Counted from the stretch's first letter, positions 1 to 8,406 are shown. The stretch: DNA of 64,000 bases from an uncultured virus (IMG/VR IMGVR_UViG_3300012147_000007) (IMGVR_UViG_3300012147_000007:1-64000); one strand, 5' to 3'. The notes: generated by a model not told the origin, from the letters alone. Numbers and translations: made by a program.

Positions 1-360
1 CAAATATCCTCCAACGGTTGGGTTAAATCCCTCTGGAATCGAAGTCAACCTGTTCAAGTACAAACCTTCTCCAACAGTTGGGTTAAATCCCTCTGGAATC
101 GAAGTCAACCTGTTCAAGTACAAACCTTCTCCAACAGTTGGGTTAAATCCCTCTGGAATCGAAGTCAACCTGTTCAAGTACAAATATCCTCCAACGGTTG
201 GGTTAAATCCCTCTGGAATCGAGGTCAACCTGTTCAAGTACAAACTTCCTCCAACGGTTGGGTTAAATCCCTCTGGAATCGAAGTCAAGCTGTCCAAGTA
301 CAAACTTCCTCCAACGGTTGGGTTAAATCCCTCTGGAATCGAAGTCAAGCTGTCCAAGTC
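1..360. repeat. 60-bp tandem coding repeat, 6 copies visible
   Basis: First six sequence lines nearly identical; encode LRR units. Confidence 0.97.
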
Positions 361-441
361 CAAAGTTCCATTTATTTTAACTTCACCAGTAAACTGCTCT
401 TCAGTTAAATTGTATTCCTTGCAAAATTCTTTTTTATTCAT
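1..441 (-). CDS. Leucine-rich-repeat protein (3' end outside window)
   Basis: ATG at 441; hand translation MNKKEFCKEYNLTEEQFTGEVKINGTLDL then 20-aa repeats (D/N)(S/R)LTSIPEGFNPTVG(GS/GY/EG)LYL, open to window edge. Confidence 0.9.
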   Translation of the reverse strand, partial: MNKKEFCKEYNLTEEQFTGEVKINGTLDLDSLTSIPEGFNPTVGGSLYLDSLTSIPEGFNPTVGGSLYLNRLTSIPEGFNPTVGGYLYLNRLTSIPEGFNPTVGEGLYLNRLTSIPEGFNPTVGEGLYLNRLTSIPEGFNPTVGGYL

Positions 442-525
442 AATGTTTTTTTCTTCAGAAACCCAATCATCACCGCATGTGTGGTTGGGTTATTGACATT
501 ATACGCAGTAAATCAAAAAATGTTC

Positions 526-795
526 TTAATCTTCAGAAGCATTTTTCTGCATCTCTTCCACAAAGTTTCCAAAATGCAACACCAAAGCGGGTTCATAACC
601 AAACATTTTAAATGGATGCTCTGAAGCAAGTATCACATCCATCGGAGATTTAGGATACCAACTTTCAGCTTTTTCATCACCCACTATTTTTCTCAAATAC
701 TTATCAAACTCAGGCCACATTTCATCGAGACCATCATTACTCAACTCAACACCTGGGTATTGAATTCTTACAAAATGTCTAAAACAATCTTTCAT
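526..795 (-). CDS. hypothetical protein
   Basis: 89-aa ORF preceded by AAC-N-CGTATAA promoter motif. Confidence 0.7.
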   Translation of the reverse strand: MKDCFRHFVRIQYPGVELSNDGLDEMWPEFDKYLRKIVGDEKAESWYPKSPMDVILASEHPFKMFGYEPALVLHFGNFVEEMQKNASED

Positions 796-840
796 TCTAC
801 TTTATACGTAAAATAATTAAAAATGTTTCAGAGATAGCGG

Positions 841-1647
841 TCAGATTGTATAATTTTCATCCCACTCCCTAATTTTCTCTTTCAATTCTTCTAACGTTAT
901 TGAACTATCGTAGTTCTTGACATTATTATCACTATGTTTCATCAACCCGCAGTTTGCTGGGTGAGCTATTATCTCTGGAGCAACCTTATTAATAAAACCA
1001 TCTCTTACACTATACGAATGGTCTCTACTGACCCCGTTAATATTATTTCCTTTATTTGATGGGCTGTACCAACCATGTTGTTCAATCAATGTGAAATTAA
1101 ATTCTTCTTTAAAATCTCTAACATCAAACTTAAACTCACACGCAGGCCGATAAGCCTCGTAATATTCCATCCTACAATCGTCACAAATCAACTTATGCTT
1201 CTTGGATACTTTAAATTCATCACAATATCTACACTTCTTTTTTCCATTCACTTTTTTGGTTCTTTTTTCTATACTAATTCCACCTTTCCATCTTGAATTA
1301 TTTTCTCCACTATTCTTTTTTATTGTTTCATCACTTACTACATGCCCAAAAAGACTTTCTCCTATCTTTTTTTTAGTTTCATTACTATGAGTACTTCCAA
1401 AATTATTAAATGAAGCAGAACAAGAACTTGAACAGAATTTTCTTTTTGATTTAATTAAATCAAAAAAACTTACACCGCAGTTATTACAACTATATTCTTT
1501 ATGATTAATGATATTCAACCCTAATCTATAACACCTATTTCTAACACTACTTTTAGTGACCCCTATAACTTGAGCAATATCTTCATGTTTTTTACCAATA
1601 AGAATTAATTTCCTTAACTCTTCATCCAAATTTTTACTCCATCTCAT
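841..1647 (-). CDS. Homing-endonuclease-like protein (HTH, Zn finger, NUMOD3-like, HNH-like C-terminus)
   Basis: CxxC...FCSSSC, HSNETKKKIGES, SRDH..SV..GF...IAHPANC motifs. Confidence 0.75.
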   Translation of the reverse strand: MRWSKNLDEELRKLILIGKKHEDIAQVIGVTKSSVRNRCYRLGLNIINHKEYSCNNCGVSFFDLIKSKRKFCSSSCSASFNNFGSTHSNETKKKIGESLFGHVVSDETIKKNSGENNSRWKGGISIEKRTKKVNGKKKCRYCDEFKVSKKHKLICDDCRMEYYEAYRPACEFKFDVRDFKEEFNFTLIEQHGWYSPSNKGNNINGVSRDHSYSVRDGFINKVAPEIIAHPANCGLMKHSDNNVKNYDSSITLEELKEKIREWDENYTI

Positions 1648-1702
1648 ATTAATAAATATGATAAAAAAAGCAAAAACAAGATTTCGAGCCAGTATGATTT
1701 TG

Positions 1703-1774
1703 AGACAGCGAAGGGATTCAAACCCTTATAACCACACTTTGCAGGTGCGTACCTTATCAATCGGCCACGCTGTC
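1703..1774 (-). tRNA. tRNA-Cys (GCA)
   Basis: Cloverleaf GACAGCG/CGCTGTC, loop CT-GCA-AA, U73. Confidence 0.9.
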
Positions 1775-1787
1775 TTATATTTTATTG

Positions 1788-1872
1788 AGGTCAGGGAGGG
1801 ATTCAAACCCCCGATGGGCTTGCGCCTACAGATTTGCAGTCTGTCGTCTTCAATCACTCGAACCACCCGACC
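1788..1872 (-). tRNA. tRNA-Cys (GCA) with long variable arm
   Basis: GGTCGGG/CCTGACC, ACAGA-CTGCAAA-TCTGT, variable arm GGC-GCAA-GCC, U73. Confidence 0.85.
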
Positions 1873-1891
1873 TTATAAAGGGGAAAGTCAA

Positions 1892-2563
1892 TTAAGACCT
1901 TCCACCTTTACAGATTATATCAGCTGCACAAGTTGCAGCCCAAGAGTTAGGCTTAAACCTTACTCTGTATCCTAATCCCTCAAGATGCGCTTTTGCAGCA
2001 GCATAAACAATGTGGGACCTGTTCTTTGGAATACCTGGAGACTTACCTGCTCTGATAAGTTCTTTTTGCCAAGAAGTCCAACCAGCATCTGGGTTAATGT
2101 CAATATCAATATCAACTAACTTGGTTTGGTTTGACTTGTAACCTTTAGCAACAGCTTCTTCTGGTGTCATCCTCTTGTACTTCCCTTCAAGCTCTCTCTC
2201 AAAGTATTCTCCAAGTTCGAAAAGCCTTTCGGTTTCATGCCAGATTCTTTGGAAAATAGATGAAGTCAAATTCTTTCTGTGAAGCTCTTTGTCTTTAACT
2301 TTGTTTCCAGTCTTGCTGAATTTAACTTGGTTACCAGAAATAAGCTCTCTATTGAAAATGTAGTGTACACCGTCATTTCTGTCGTTATCGTAAAACGCTA
2401 CAACATCTGCATACATAATTTTTCTACCATTTCTTCTTACATCAGAGTCGCATCCAATGTAAACAGTTTCTCCTGGAAATTTCTCAATGTGTCCTCTAAC
2501 GTACTCACCAAGGTCAGCAATTATTTCACCTCCAAATTTCTTAAATACTCTTTCTTCCATCAT
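1892..2563 (-). CDS. RNase H-like YkuK/DUF458 family protein
   Basis: VYIGCDS ... RIWHE ... DIDIN ... FKPNSWAATCAAD. Confidence 0.8.
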   Translation of the reverse strand: MMEERVFKKFGGEIIADLGEYVRGHIEKFPGETVYIGCDSDVRRNGRKIMYADVVAFYDNDRNDGVHYIFNRELISGNQVKFSKTGNKVKDKELHRKNLTSSIFQRIWHETERLFELGEYFERELEGKYKRMTPEEAVAKGYKSNQTKLVDIDIDINPDAGWTSWQKELIRAGKSPGIPKNRSHIVYAAAKAHLEGLGYRVRFKPNSWAATCAADIICKGGRS

Positions 2564-2654
2564 TTCTTCTTTTTTTAGTAGTCCTAAAAAGTTGTCAGTT
2601 TTTTCCAGTCTAATTCATCATTATTACTTGTTTTTTGTTTTTAAATTTGCGCAT

Positions 2655-2692
2655 AAAAAAAAGCCCAAACTATTCGAGATAGCTTGAGCTTA
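2655..2692 (-). terminator. Attenuator terminator of Cys leader
   Basis: AAGCTCAAGCTAT...ATAGTTTGGGCTT followed by T run. Confidence 0.85.
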
Positions 2693-2715
2693 AAATTTCT
2701 TTTATTATTATAAAT

Positions 2716-2826
2716 CTACTTCATAACACTCAAACTAACGTTTTTTTTGCAAAACGGACATACCCCTTCCAGGCCGCAATCAATCGCTTGCGAAGTTGGT
2801 CTCCAATATGTCATGTTAGTTTTCAT
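2716..2826 (-). CDS. Leader peptide (3 Cys), putative attenuator of tRNA-Cys unit
   Basis: MKTNMTYWRPTSQAIDCGLEGVCPFCKKNVSLSVMK*; its TAGTTTGAGT can pair with the terminator 5' arm. Confidence 0.8.
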   Translation of the reverse strand: MKTNMTYWRPTSQAIDCGLEGVCPFCKKNVSLSVMK

Positions 2827-2848
2827 CTGTTTATAAATATATTATTTT

Positions 2849-3124
2849 TTATCCAAGCAGCAATCCGCTCTTTTTTTCTTGTTTTTTTGCATCTTTCCAT
2901 TTCCATCCGAGGAAGAATCTGGTACACGCTCTATGAAACCAATTTGGCTTCTTTGTATAGTTGAAGACGATTGAACCTTCTACTTGGTTGCTTCCTGTTA
3001 TATCATATCCTCCAACAACTGGTGGTGGAGTGTATATTTTAACATCTGCAACATCAATTGCTTCATCAATTTCTGGCTTTTTTCTTTCACCAGAATATTC
3101 TTGTTCTTCCCAATATATATTCAT
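2849..3124 (-). CDS. hypothetical protein
   Basis: 91-aa ORF, C-terminal KKPNWFHR...LGWKW motif. Confidence 0.65.
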   Translation of the reverse strand: MNIYWEEQEYSGERKKPEIDEAIDVADVKIYTPPPVVGGYDITGSNQVEGSIVFNYTKKPNWFHRACTRFFLGWKWKDAKKQEKKSGLLLG

Positions 3125-3201
3125 ATTGTAAATATATAAAAATAATATTTAATATCAAATTAATAACCTTTTATTTACGCAGGGACTTATATTATTAATT
3201 G

Positions 3202-3275
3202 TGGGCCCCATCAGACTCGAACTGATAACCTTTTCATTATGAGTGAAATACACTAACCAATTGTGTTAGAGGCCC
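3202..3275 (-). tRNA. tRNA-Ile2-type (CAT)
   Basis: GGGCCTC acceptor, CT-CAT-AA loop; Ile2 rather than Met inferred from acceptor stem. Confidence 0.8.
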
Positions 3276-3285
3276 TTAAATTTTG

Positions 3286-3362
3286 TCGGGAAGGTGAGAT
3301 TCGAACTCACATGTAACCAATTACCCTTTCTACAAGATATAAGCTTGAGGGGATACAACCCG
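3286..3362 (-). ncRNA. D-armless tRNA-like RNA, anticodon TAT (Ile)
   Basis: CGGGTTG-TA-TCCCC-TCAAG-CTTATAT-CTTGT, 21-nt variable region, canonical T arm. Confidence 0.7.
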
Positions 3363-3404
3363 ATACATATGTCTATTTCACTTTCCATTTTATTTATTTT
3401 TTTG

Positions 3405-3502
3405 TGGACAATACGAGAATCGAACTCGTATCTCCAGTTTGCGCTATCCTGTGTGGTTGCACTTCATAGCCTTCACCGATTTACCAATTAATCTAATTGC
3501 CC
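3405..3502 (-). ncRNA. tRNA-like RNA with G3:U70/A73 and expanded anticodon domain
   Basis: GGGCAAT/ATTGTCC-A, normal D and T arms, ~40-nt insert in place of anticodon arm. Confidence 0.7.
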
Positions 3503-3507
3503 TTTTG

Positions 3508-3577
3508 TTGGTGTAGAGGGACTCAAACCCCCGACCCCCTGAATTACAGGTGCTCTAATCAACTGAGCTATACACCG
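3508..3577 (-). ncRNA. tRNA-like RNA with shortened anticodon arm
   Basis: C1:A72 mismatch, normal D/T arms, 13-nt arm CCTG-TAATT-CAGG. Confidence 0.7.
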
Positions 3578-3621
3578 AACTCTTCAATCGCCTTAAGTCG
3601 ATTTCCGAGCTACTTAAGTAG

Positions 3622-3704
3622 TAGTGACGGTGGGAATTGAACCCACTTTGTACTTACGTACCCACGTTATCAGCGTGGTGCCTAAACCATCCAGCCCCGT
3701 CACT
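3622..3704 (-). tRNA. tRNA-Ile (GAT) with long variable arm
   Basis: CCACG-CTGATAA-CGTGG, variable arm GTAC-GTAA-GTAC. Confidence 0.85.
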
Positions 3705-3715
3705 ATAAAAACTCT

Positions 3716-3952
3716 TTAGAAGAGTCTTTCTATTTCAATCCAAGTATAGGAATAAACTCCATTTTGAACTGGTATTCTTTTGCTAATATCCGCTCTTAAC
3801 ACTTTGAACATTGGATACTCTACCAAAAATCTTTCAAGCGCCTCGCTTGGCGTTATCATGTCTCCATCAAAATCAACAAGCCCGCCAACTACTTCCCACT
3901 TGTGTGATTGCCTCCATGTAGTGCAAATACTAAATAAAATATACTCTTCCAT
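3716..3952 (-). CDS. hypothetical protein
   Basis: 78-aa ORF. Confidence 0.6.
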   Translation of the reverse strand: MEEYILFSICTTWRQSHKWEVVGGLVDFDGDMITPSEALERFLVEYPMFKVLRADISKRIPVQNGVYSYTWIEIERLF

Positions 3953-3959
3953 TGCTCTA

Positions 3960-4730
3960 TTAATTCTTTACTTCATCTAAAATATTATATTTTAAACACC
4001 ATTTTCTAACTGTATTATCAGAAACTGCATACTTATTTCCAACCCTTGTAAAATATTTAAATTTTTTAAAATCATCCAATAGAACCATTTTGTTTGGTAT
4101 TCTGCTTTTTCTTTTACAATTATATTCTTTGCACCACTTTTTAATTACACCCAATGAAACCCCTAAGTGTTTAGATAATTCTAAATCACTTTTAAATTTC
4201 GAAAATACCAACACAAATTCTTCTTTATTTATTTTTGGTAAAATATTTATTTCACTAATTACCTTTCCAAGTTTTTCATATTCTCTTTTTATTTTATGAC
4301 ATCTTTTATAATTACCACCTTTAGGGGTTAATCCAGTTTGTATTAATGACTTTCTCATATTCCAGTCATTAATCAACAAATATTCTAATAATTTTTCATT
4401 ACTAATTTTTTCTTTTTTTATTTTATTTCTACCCCTCCAATTACTTGTTAAACCATGGCAGTTTGGACATAGACACTCAAGGTTTGTTTTTTTATTATTT
4501 GTATTATCCCCATCAATGTGATTAATTTCCAAAGGTATATTACACCCTTGCCATTTATTTAATTTACATTTTTTACAAGTTCTTTTATTTTCATATATAA
4601 TATATTCTCTAATCATATCCCAAGATAAATCATCAAAATTTTTACTTAAAATATATTCTTCACGTTTTTTTCTTTCTTCTAAATTATATAACTCCTTTTT
4701 TTCACTAATTCTTAACCACTGACTTGACAT
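3960..4730 (-). CDS. HNH endonuclease with C-terminal HTH
   Basis: LEINHIDGDNTNN..NLECLCPNCH. Confidence 0.9.
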   Translation of the reverse strand: MSSQWLRISEKKELYNLEERKKREEYILSKNFDDLSWDMIREYIIYENKRTCKKCKLNKWQGCNIPLEINHIDGDNTNNKKTNLECLCPNCHGLTSNWRGRNKIKKEKISNEKLLEYLLINDWNMRKSLIQTGLTPKGGNYKRCHKIKREYEKLGKVISEINILPKINKEEFVLVFSKFKSDLELSKHLGVSLGVIKKWCKEYNCKRKSRIPNKMVLLDDFKKFKYFTRVGNKYAVSDNTVRKWCLKYNILDEVKN

Positions 4731-4816
4731 AATATTTGTTTTTTATTATAAATATTATGAAAAAAGTAAAAGTTCGATTTTTTGTTAAATTAATTCGAAC
4801 TTTTACTTTAAATTAG

Positions 4817-4889
4817 TCTCCCCGATAGGACTTGAACCTATTCTCTTTCGATTAAAAGTCGAAGGCTTCCCCTGTTAAGCTACGAGGAG
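4817..4889 (-). tRNA. tRNA-Lys (TTT)
   Basis: TTCGA-CTTTTAA-TCGAA, full cloverleaf. Confidence 0.9.
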
Positions 4890-4905
4890 GTTTTTAATTC
4901 TTTCG

Positions 4906-4977
4906 TGAACCCACCGAGAGTCGAACTCGGTTCCATAGATTAAGAGTCTATAGCATCACCACTAATGCTTTGGGTCC
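4906..4977 (-). tRNA. tRNA-Lys (CTT)
   Basis: ATAGA-CTCTTAA-TCTAT. Confidence 0.9.
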
Positions 4978-5027
4978 AGAATATGTTTATTATCAAGGCC
5001 TGCAACTCTATTGCTTGAGCAAGCCTC

Positions 5028-5063
5028 TTAACGTTTCTTATATTTCATCTTTTTATATTTCAT
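5028..5063 (-). CDS. Lys-rich mini-ORF upstream of tRNA-Lys pair
   Basis: MKYKKMKYKKR* followed by hairpin GAGGCTTGC...GCAGGCCTT. Confidence 0.5.
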   Translation of the reverse strand: MKYKKMKYKKR

Positions 5064-5078
5064 TTTCTTTCTTTTTTG

Positions 5079-5151
5079 AGCTGTTGACAGGGGTCGAACC
5101 TGCGACATCTTCATTACAAGTGAAGTGCTCTACCAACTGAGCTACAACAGC
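5079..5151 (-). tRNA. tRNA-Thr (TGT)
   Basis: CTTCA-CTTGTAA-TGAAG. Confidence 0.92.
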
Positions 5152-5169
5152 ATATTATTATTTTTCTTG

Positions 5170-5242
5170 AGCTGGAGATGGGTCTCGAACCCACAGCCTA
5201 CTGCTTACAAAACAGTCGCACAACCAATCGTGCTCCTCCAGC
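5170..5242 (-). tRNA. tRNA-Thr (TGT)
   Basis: ACTGT-TTTGTAA-GCAGT. Confidence 0.88.
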
Positions 5243-5248
5243 ATTTTA

Positions 5249-5929
5249 TTACCAAGATTTTCCTTCTTTATAATTTTTTCTTCTTCTCTTTCTTCTTCTA
5301 CTATACCTACCATCCCCTTCTGATATAGCTTTCCAACTTTTAGTTAATGCATGATGATTTGGGCATAAAATCTGCAAATTATCTACTTTATTATTATCTG
5401 GATTACAATCTACATGATGCAACTCCAGCGGTATTTTACCTGAATATTTATTTACCTCTTTCCATCCGCACTCCATGCATTTTTCTCCATGTATAGATAT
5501 AAGATAAGTCTTATAAATTTTGGTATGCTCAGTAGTATATTCTCCTTTTTCTATTTTATCAAAAATCTCTTTTCTTTGAAATTCTTGTTGACACTTATTA
5601 TTACAATATTTCTTATTTCCATCTATCTGCTCTTTACAGTTTGTACAATTATTAAACTTTTTTCTTTTTCTATTGTTATAACTCACCCCACATGATTTGC
5701 AACAAAACTTTTTTGGATTAGACTTATTAACTTCAAACCCACATTTACACTCTAAACAACTCCTATCCTCACTACTTGAATTATGTTCTGAAAATTTAAC
5801 TCCAGATTTATTCATTTTATTCCTAACAGAATCAACACTCCTATTTAATTCTTCAGCTATATGATGAAATCTAAACCCATCTATAACAAGCTTTTTAGCT
5901 TTTTCAAACTCTTCTTTGCTCCATTTCAT
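5249..5929 (-). CDS. HNH endonuclease
   Basis: LELHHVDCNPDNN..NLQILCPNHH. Confidence 0.9.
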   Translation of the reverse strand: MKWSKEEFEKAKKLVIDGFRFHHIAEELNRSVDSVRNKMNKSGVKFSEHNSSSEDRSCLECKCGFEVNKSNPKKFCCKSCGVSYNNRKRKKFNNCTNCKEQIDGNKKYCNNKCQQEFQRKEIFDKIEKGEYTTEHTKIYKTYLISIHGEKCMECGWKEVNKYSGKIPLELHHVDCNPDNNKVDNLQILCPNHHALTKSWKAISEGDGRYSRRRKRRRKNYKEGKSW

Positions 5930-6009
5930 ATCTATCTATTTTATAATAAATAGTTAAAAATAATGAGCTTTCAAAATTATTCGAAAACTATACCACTTTC
6001 ATATACCAG

Positions 6010-6083
6010 AGCCTTGTATGGGACTCGAACCCATCTTTCAGACTTACCGAATCTGTACATCAATCCAACAATGCTTACAAGGC
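6010..6083 (-). tRNA. tRNA-Thr (GGT)
   Basis: CAGAT-TCGGTAA-GTCTG (C33). Confidence 0.85.
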
Positions 6084-6109
6084 ATATTTCAAATAACTTT
6101 TACTTTTTG

Positions 6110-6195
6110 GGTGAAAGATGGGTTCTGACCCCACGACCTCCCGATTCACAGTCGGGCGCTCTACGACTTTCGTCTCCAGCTGAGCTACAATCACC
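6110..6195 (-). tRNA. tRNA-His (GTG), D-loop hairpin insertion
   Basis: G-1/C73, CCCGA-CTGTGAA-TCGGG, GAC-GAAA-GTC in D loop, T loop GTCAGAA. Confidence 0.8.
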
Positions 6196-6232
6196 ATATT
6201 AAATTAAAAAGAACTTTTTCTTTTTTTTGTTG

Positions 6233-6306
6233 AGGACCCACCGAGACTCGAACTCGAAATCGCAGATTAACAGTCTGAAGTGATAACCAATTTCACCATA
6301 GGTCCT
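6233..6306 (-). tRNA. tRNA-Asn (GTT)
   Basis: CT-GTT-AA loop, cloverleaf. Confidence 0.88.
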
Positions 6307-6315
6307 TAATTTATT

Positions 6316-6774
6316 TTATTTACTCTTTTCTATTTCTTCATGTATTTCAGCATGACAATTAGAACACACTAAAATACATTTATCTAATTCTTTTTTTACT
6401 TTTTCCCAAGACCTCGTATAACCTTTGTGACCTATACCAAATTCTTTTTCATTTGGGTTTAAATGATGAAACTCTAAAGCTCTACTACATTTATTATACC
6501 CACACCTTTCACAACAACCACCTTTATACTCAATTGACAATTGCTTAACCTTTTTCCTTCTATTTTGAACTGCTTCAACATTTTTCTTTCTTTTATCTTC
6601 TTTTTGAAGGGGTGATAAAGTTCTTTTACTTACATATTCTAACACTGTAGTTTTACTCACTCCAAACTCTTTAGCTACAATCCTTGATGATTTTCCAGAA
6701 TTATACTCTTTTTTAATTAATTTAATTAGTTCTTCACTAATTTTTTTTCCTTTTTTACTTTTTAATTCGTCCAT
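6316..6774 (-). CDS. HNH endonuclease with N-terminal HTH
   Basis: YKGGCCERCGY..ALEFHH..KCILVCSNCH. Confidence 0.9.
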   Translation of the reverse strand: MDELKSKKGKKISEELIKLIKKEYNSGKSSRIVAKEFGVSKTTVLEYVSKRTLSPLQKEDKRKKNVEAVQNRRKKVKQLSIEYKGGCCERCGYNKCSRALEFHHLNPNEKEFGIGHKGYTRSWEKVKKELDKCILVCSNCHAEIHEEIEKSK

Positions 6775-6828
6775 AATATTAACTTTGTTTGTTAAAAAAT
6801 AGGACTAAATTTTTCAAAGCATCACTTG

Positions 6829-6900
6829 CGACTCCAACGGGGCTCGAACCCATAACAAATGATTAACAGTCAAACGTGATACCAATTTCACCATAGAGTC
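6829..6900 (-). tRNA. tRNA-Asn (GTT)
   Basis: GACTCTA/TGGAGTC-G, CT-GTT-AA. Confidence 0.88.
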
Positions 6901-6949
6901 ATATTTCAAATTTTAAGATTCTGAACGTTTCTCAAAAACCTTTGGACAC

Positions 6950-6978
6950 AAAAAAAGCCCGACCTATTGGCCGAGCTT
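6950..6978 (-). terminator. Attenuator terminator of Asn/His/Thr/Lys/Ile leader
   Basis: AAGCTCGGCC-AATA-GGTCGGGCTT plus T run. Confidence 0.9.
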
Positions 6979-7004
6979 CTGTATATTTTAAATTGTACTT
7001 GTGA

Positions 7005-7115
7005 TTAAATTAGTTCATCACTTCCATTTTTGCTTATACATAGCTCGACCATACCATTTTGCTTTTTATTGCAAATCGTATTATTAATCGTTGTATGTAT
7101 ATTTAATGAGTACAT
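7005..7115 (-). CDS. Leader peptide (N/I/H/T/K block), putative attenuator
   Basis: MYSLNIHTTINNTICNKKQNGMVELCISKNGSDELI*; TGGTCGAGCTATGTATA complementary to TATACAGAAGCTCGGCCA. Confidence 0.85.
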   Translation of the reverse strand: MYSLNIHTTINNTICNKKQNGMVELCISKNGSDELI

Positions 7116-7160
7116 TGTGTTTCTTTTTTCTAAATAGTAATTAAAAATTCTTTTTTTGTT

Positions 7161-7232
7161 TTCTTCTACGCAAATATATAACTTTTGTTCTATTAAATCC
7201 AAATCTTTTTTAAAGAAATATTGAAAATAATT
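7161..7232 (-). promoter_or_regulatory. Promoter module shared with 21560-21632
   Basis: Near-identical ~70-bp block containing GAACA-N-TATATTTGCGTAGA. Confidence 0.75.
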
Positions 7233-7294
7233 CGTAACTGCTTGATAATCAAATAAAAAGGGAGTAAACTTTTTTTCACTCCCTTTCAATTATT

Positions 7295-7594
7295 TTACCT
7301 GTTTGGCTGTGGTCTACGTGTCCACGTTCCATTTTCAAGTCTGTAAACTCCTTGTTTAACCCATTTCTCCCAGCCGTTAGATTTGATTTTGAAGTGGTCC
7401 TCCAAGTGTGATACAGTAAAATTCCAGGATTCGAATCGACCTAAGCCTGATTCATCTCTCGCTATCCTGATAGCCTCTTGTTCCGATTTCTCTCTTGTCC
7501 AAGCTTCTGGTGTAGAAGTTTCGATGTAGAAAGAGGGGGCACGATGGCCAGCGCTGTGCTGGGTATCCACCCTCCATAATCTTAGTTTATTCAT
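7295..7594 (-). CDS. hypothetical protein
   Basis: 99-aa ORF. Confidence 0.65.
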   Translation of the reverse strand: MNKLRLWRVDTQHSAGHRAPSFYIETSTPEAWTREKSEQEAIRIARDESGLGRFESWNFTVSHLEDHFKIKSNGWEKWVKQGVYRLENGTWTRRPQPNR

Positions 7595-7671
7595 AATATG
7601 AATTTAATCCATTGACTAAATCCAAGTTATGTGCTATCGAGGTAATATGTTTTTGTGTTCTTCATGCGTTT

Positions 7672-8406
7672 TTAAATAAGTATTTTTTTTGTAATCTCAT
7701 CCCAACGTGCCTCAAGCATTTTGCAATAAGCAATTTTATTTAGTCCATATGCACTAAGACCAAATGCGTCATTCATTTCTATAAGAAGCGTTTTTCCATC
7801 TGCAGTAACTCCGAAATCAATTGAGTAAGCCATTGGCTGAACTGCATAATCTCTTATTGCAGACTCAATAATACTATAATCTGGAGATATAGTAAAGTCC
7901 CCAGTATAATTCTTGCTCCCTATAAGACCTCCATTTAATACAAAACATCTATACTCTGTGACAAAATCAACACATTCTGACACTATCAAAGGAGTGTTCG
8001 GATTGCATCTAAGCTTCGCTTGCAACAAGTCATGCTTTGATTTAACTACATAACCAGTAAACAACTTATGCTGATATAGCGGCTTTATAAAGAAAGGAAA
8101 AGCTCCTTCTGTTTTAGAATATTCTTCAACATCTTTAAATTCCATTTCAAAAACTTTTCTTCCCATATATTCTGGAAGGTGGTGATGCGGATTATCTATC
8201 CTTGGCTGAAGTATGTGAAGCTCATCAAATATTTTTCTGATTGTATTGATTCCTCCTACAACAATTGGGTTTGTACTATGATTAATTTCCTCTGAATTTT
8301 CAAAACCAATCACTCTATATCCCATTTGCCCAAAACCAGCAGCGGCTTCATAACAGTTAACGCTTAAGAATTTATTCCCAGCTCTTTGTATATAGACTTC
8401 TCTCAT
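7672..8406 (-). CDS. ATP-grasp protein (DUF4343/R2K-like)
   Basis: FFIKP..KLFTG, EYRCFV, YSIDFG...LLIEMND. Confidence 0.85.
   Translation of the reverse strand: MREVYIQRAGNKFLSVNCYEAAAGFGQMGYRVIGFENSEEINHSTNPIVVGGINTIRKIFDELHILQPRIDNPHHHLPEYMGRKVFEMEFKDVEEYSKTEGAFPFFIKPLYQHKLFTGYVVKSKHDLLQAKLRCNPNTPLIVSECVDFVTEYRCFVLNGGLIGSKNYTGDFTISPDYSIIESAIRDYAVQPMAYSIDFGVTADGKTLLIEMNDAFGLSAYGLNKIAYCKMLEARWDEITKKILI

Noticed and set aside
1..360. CRISPR array or DGR
   Set aside because: Contiguous 60-bp in-frame units with no spacers, no reverse transcriptase and no template/variable pair; a coding LRR repeat
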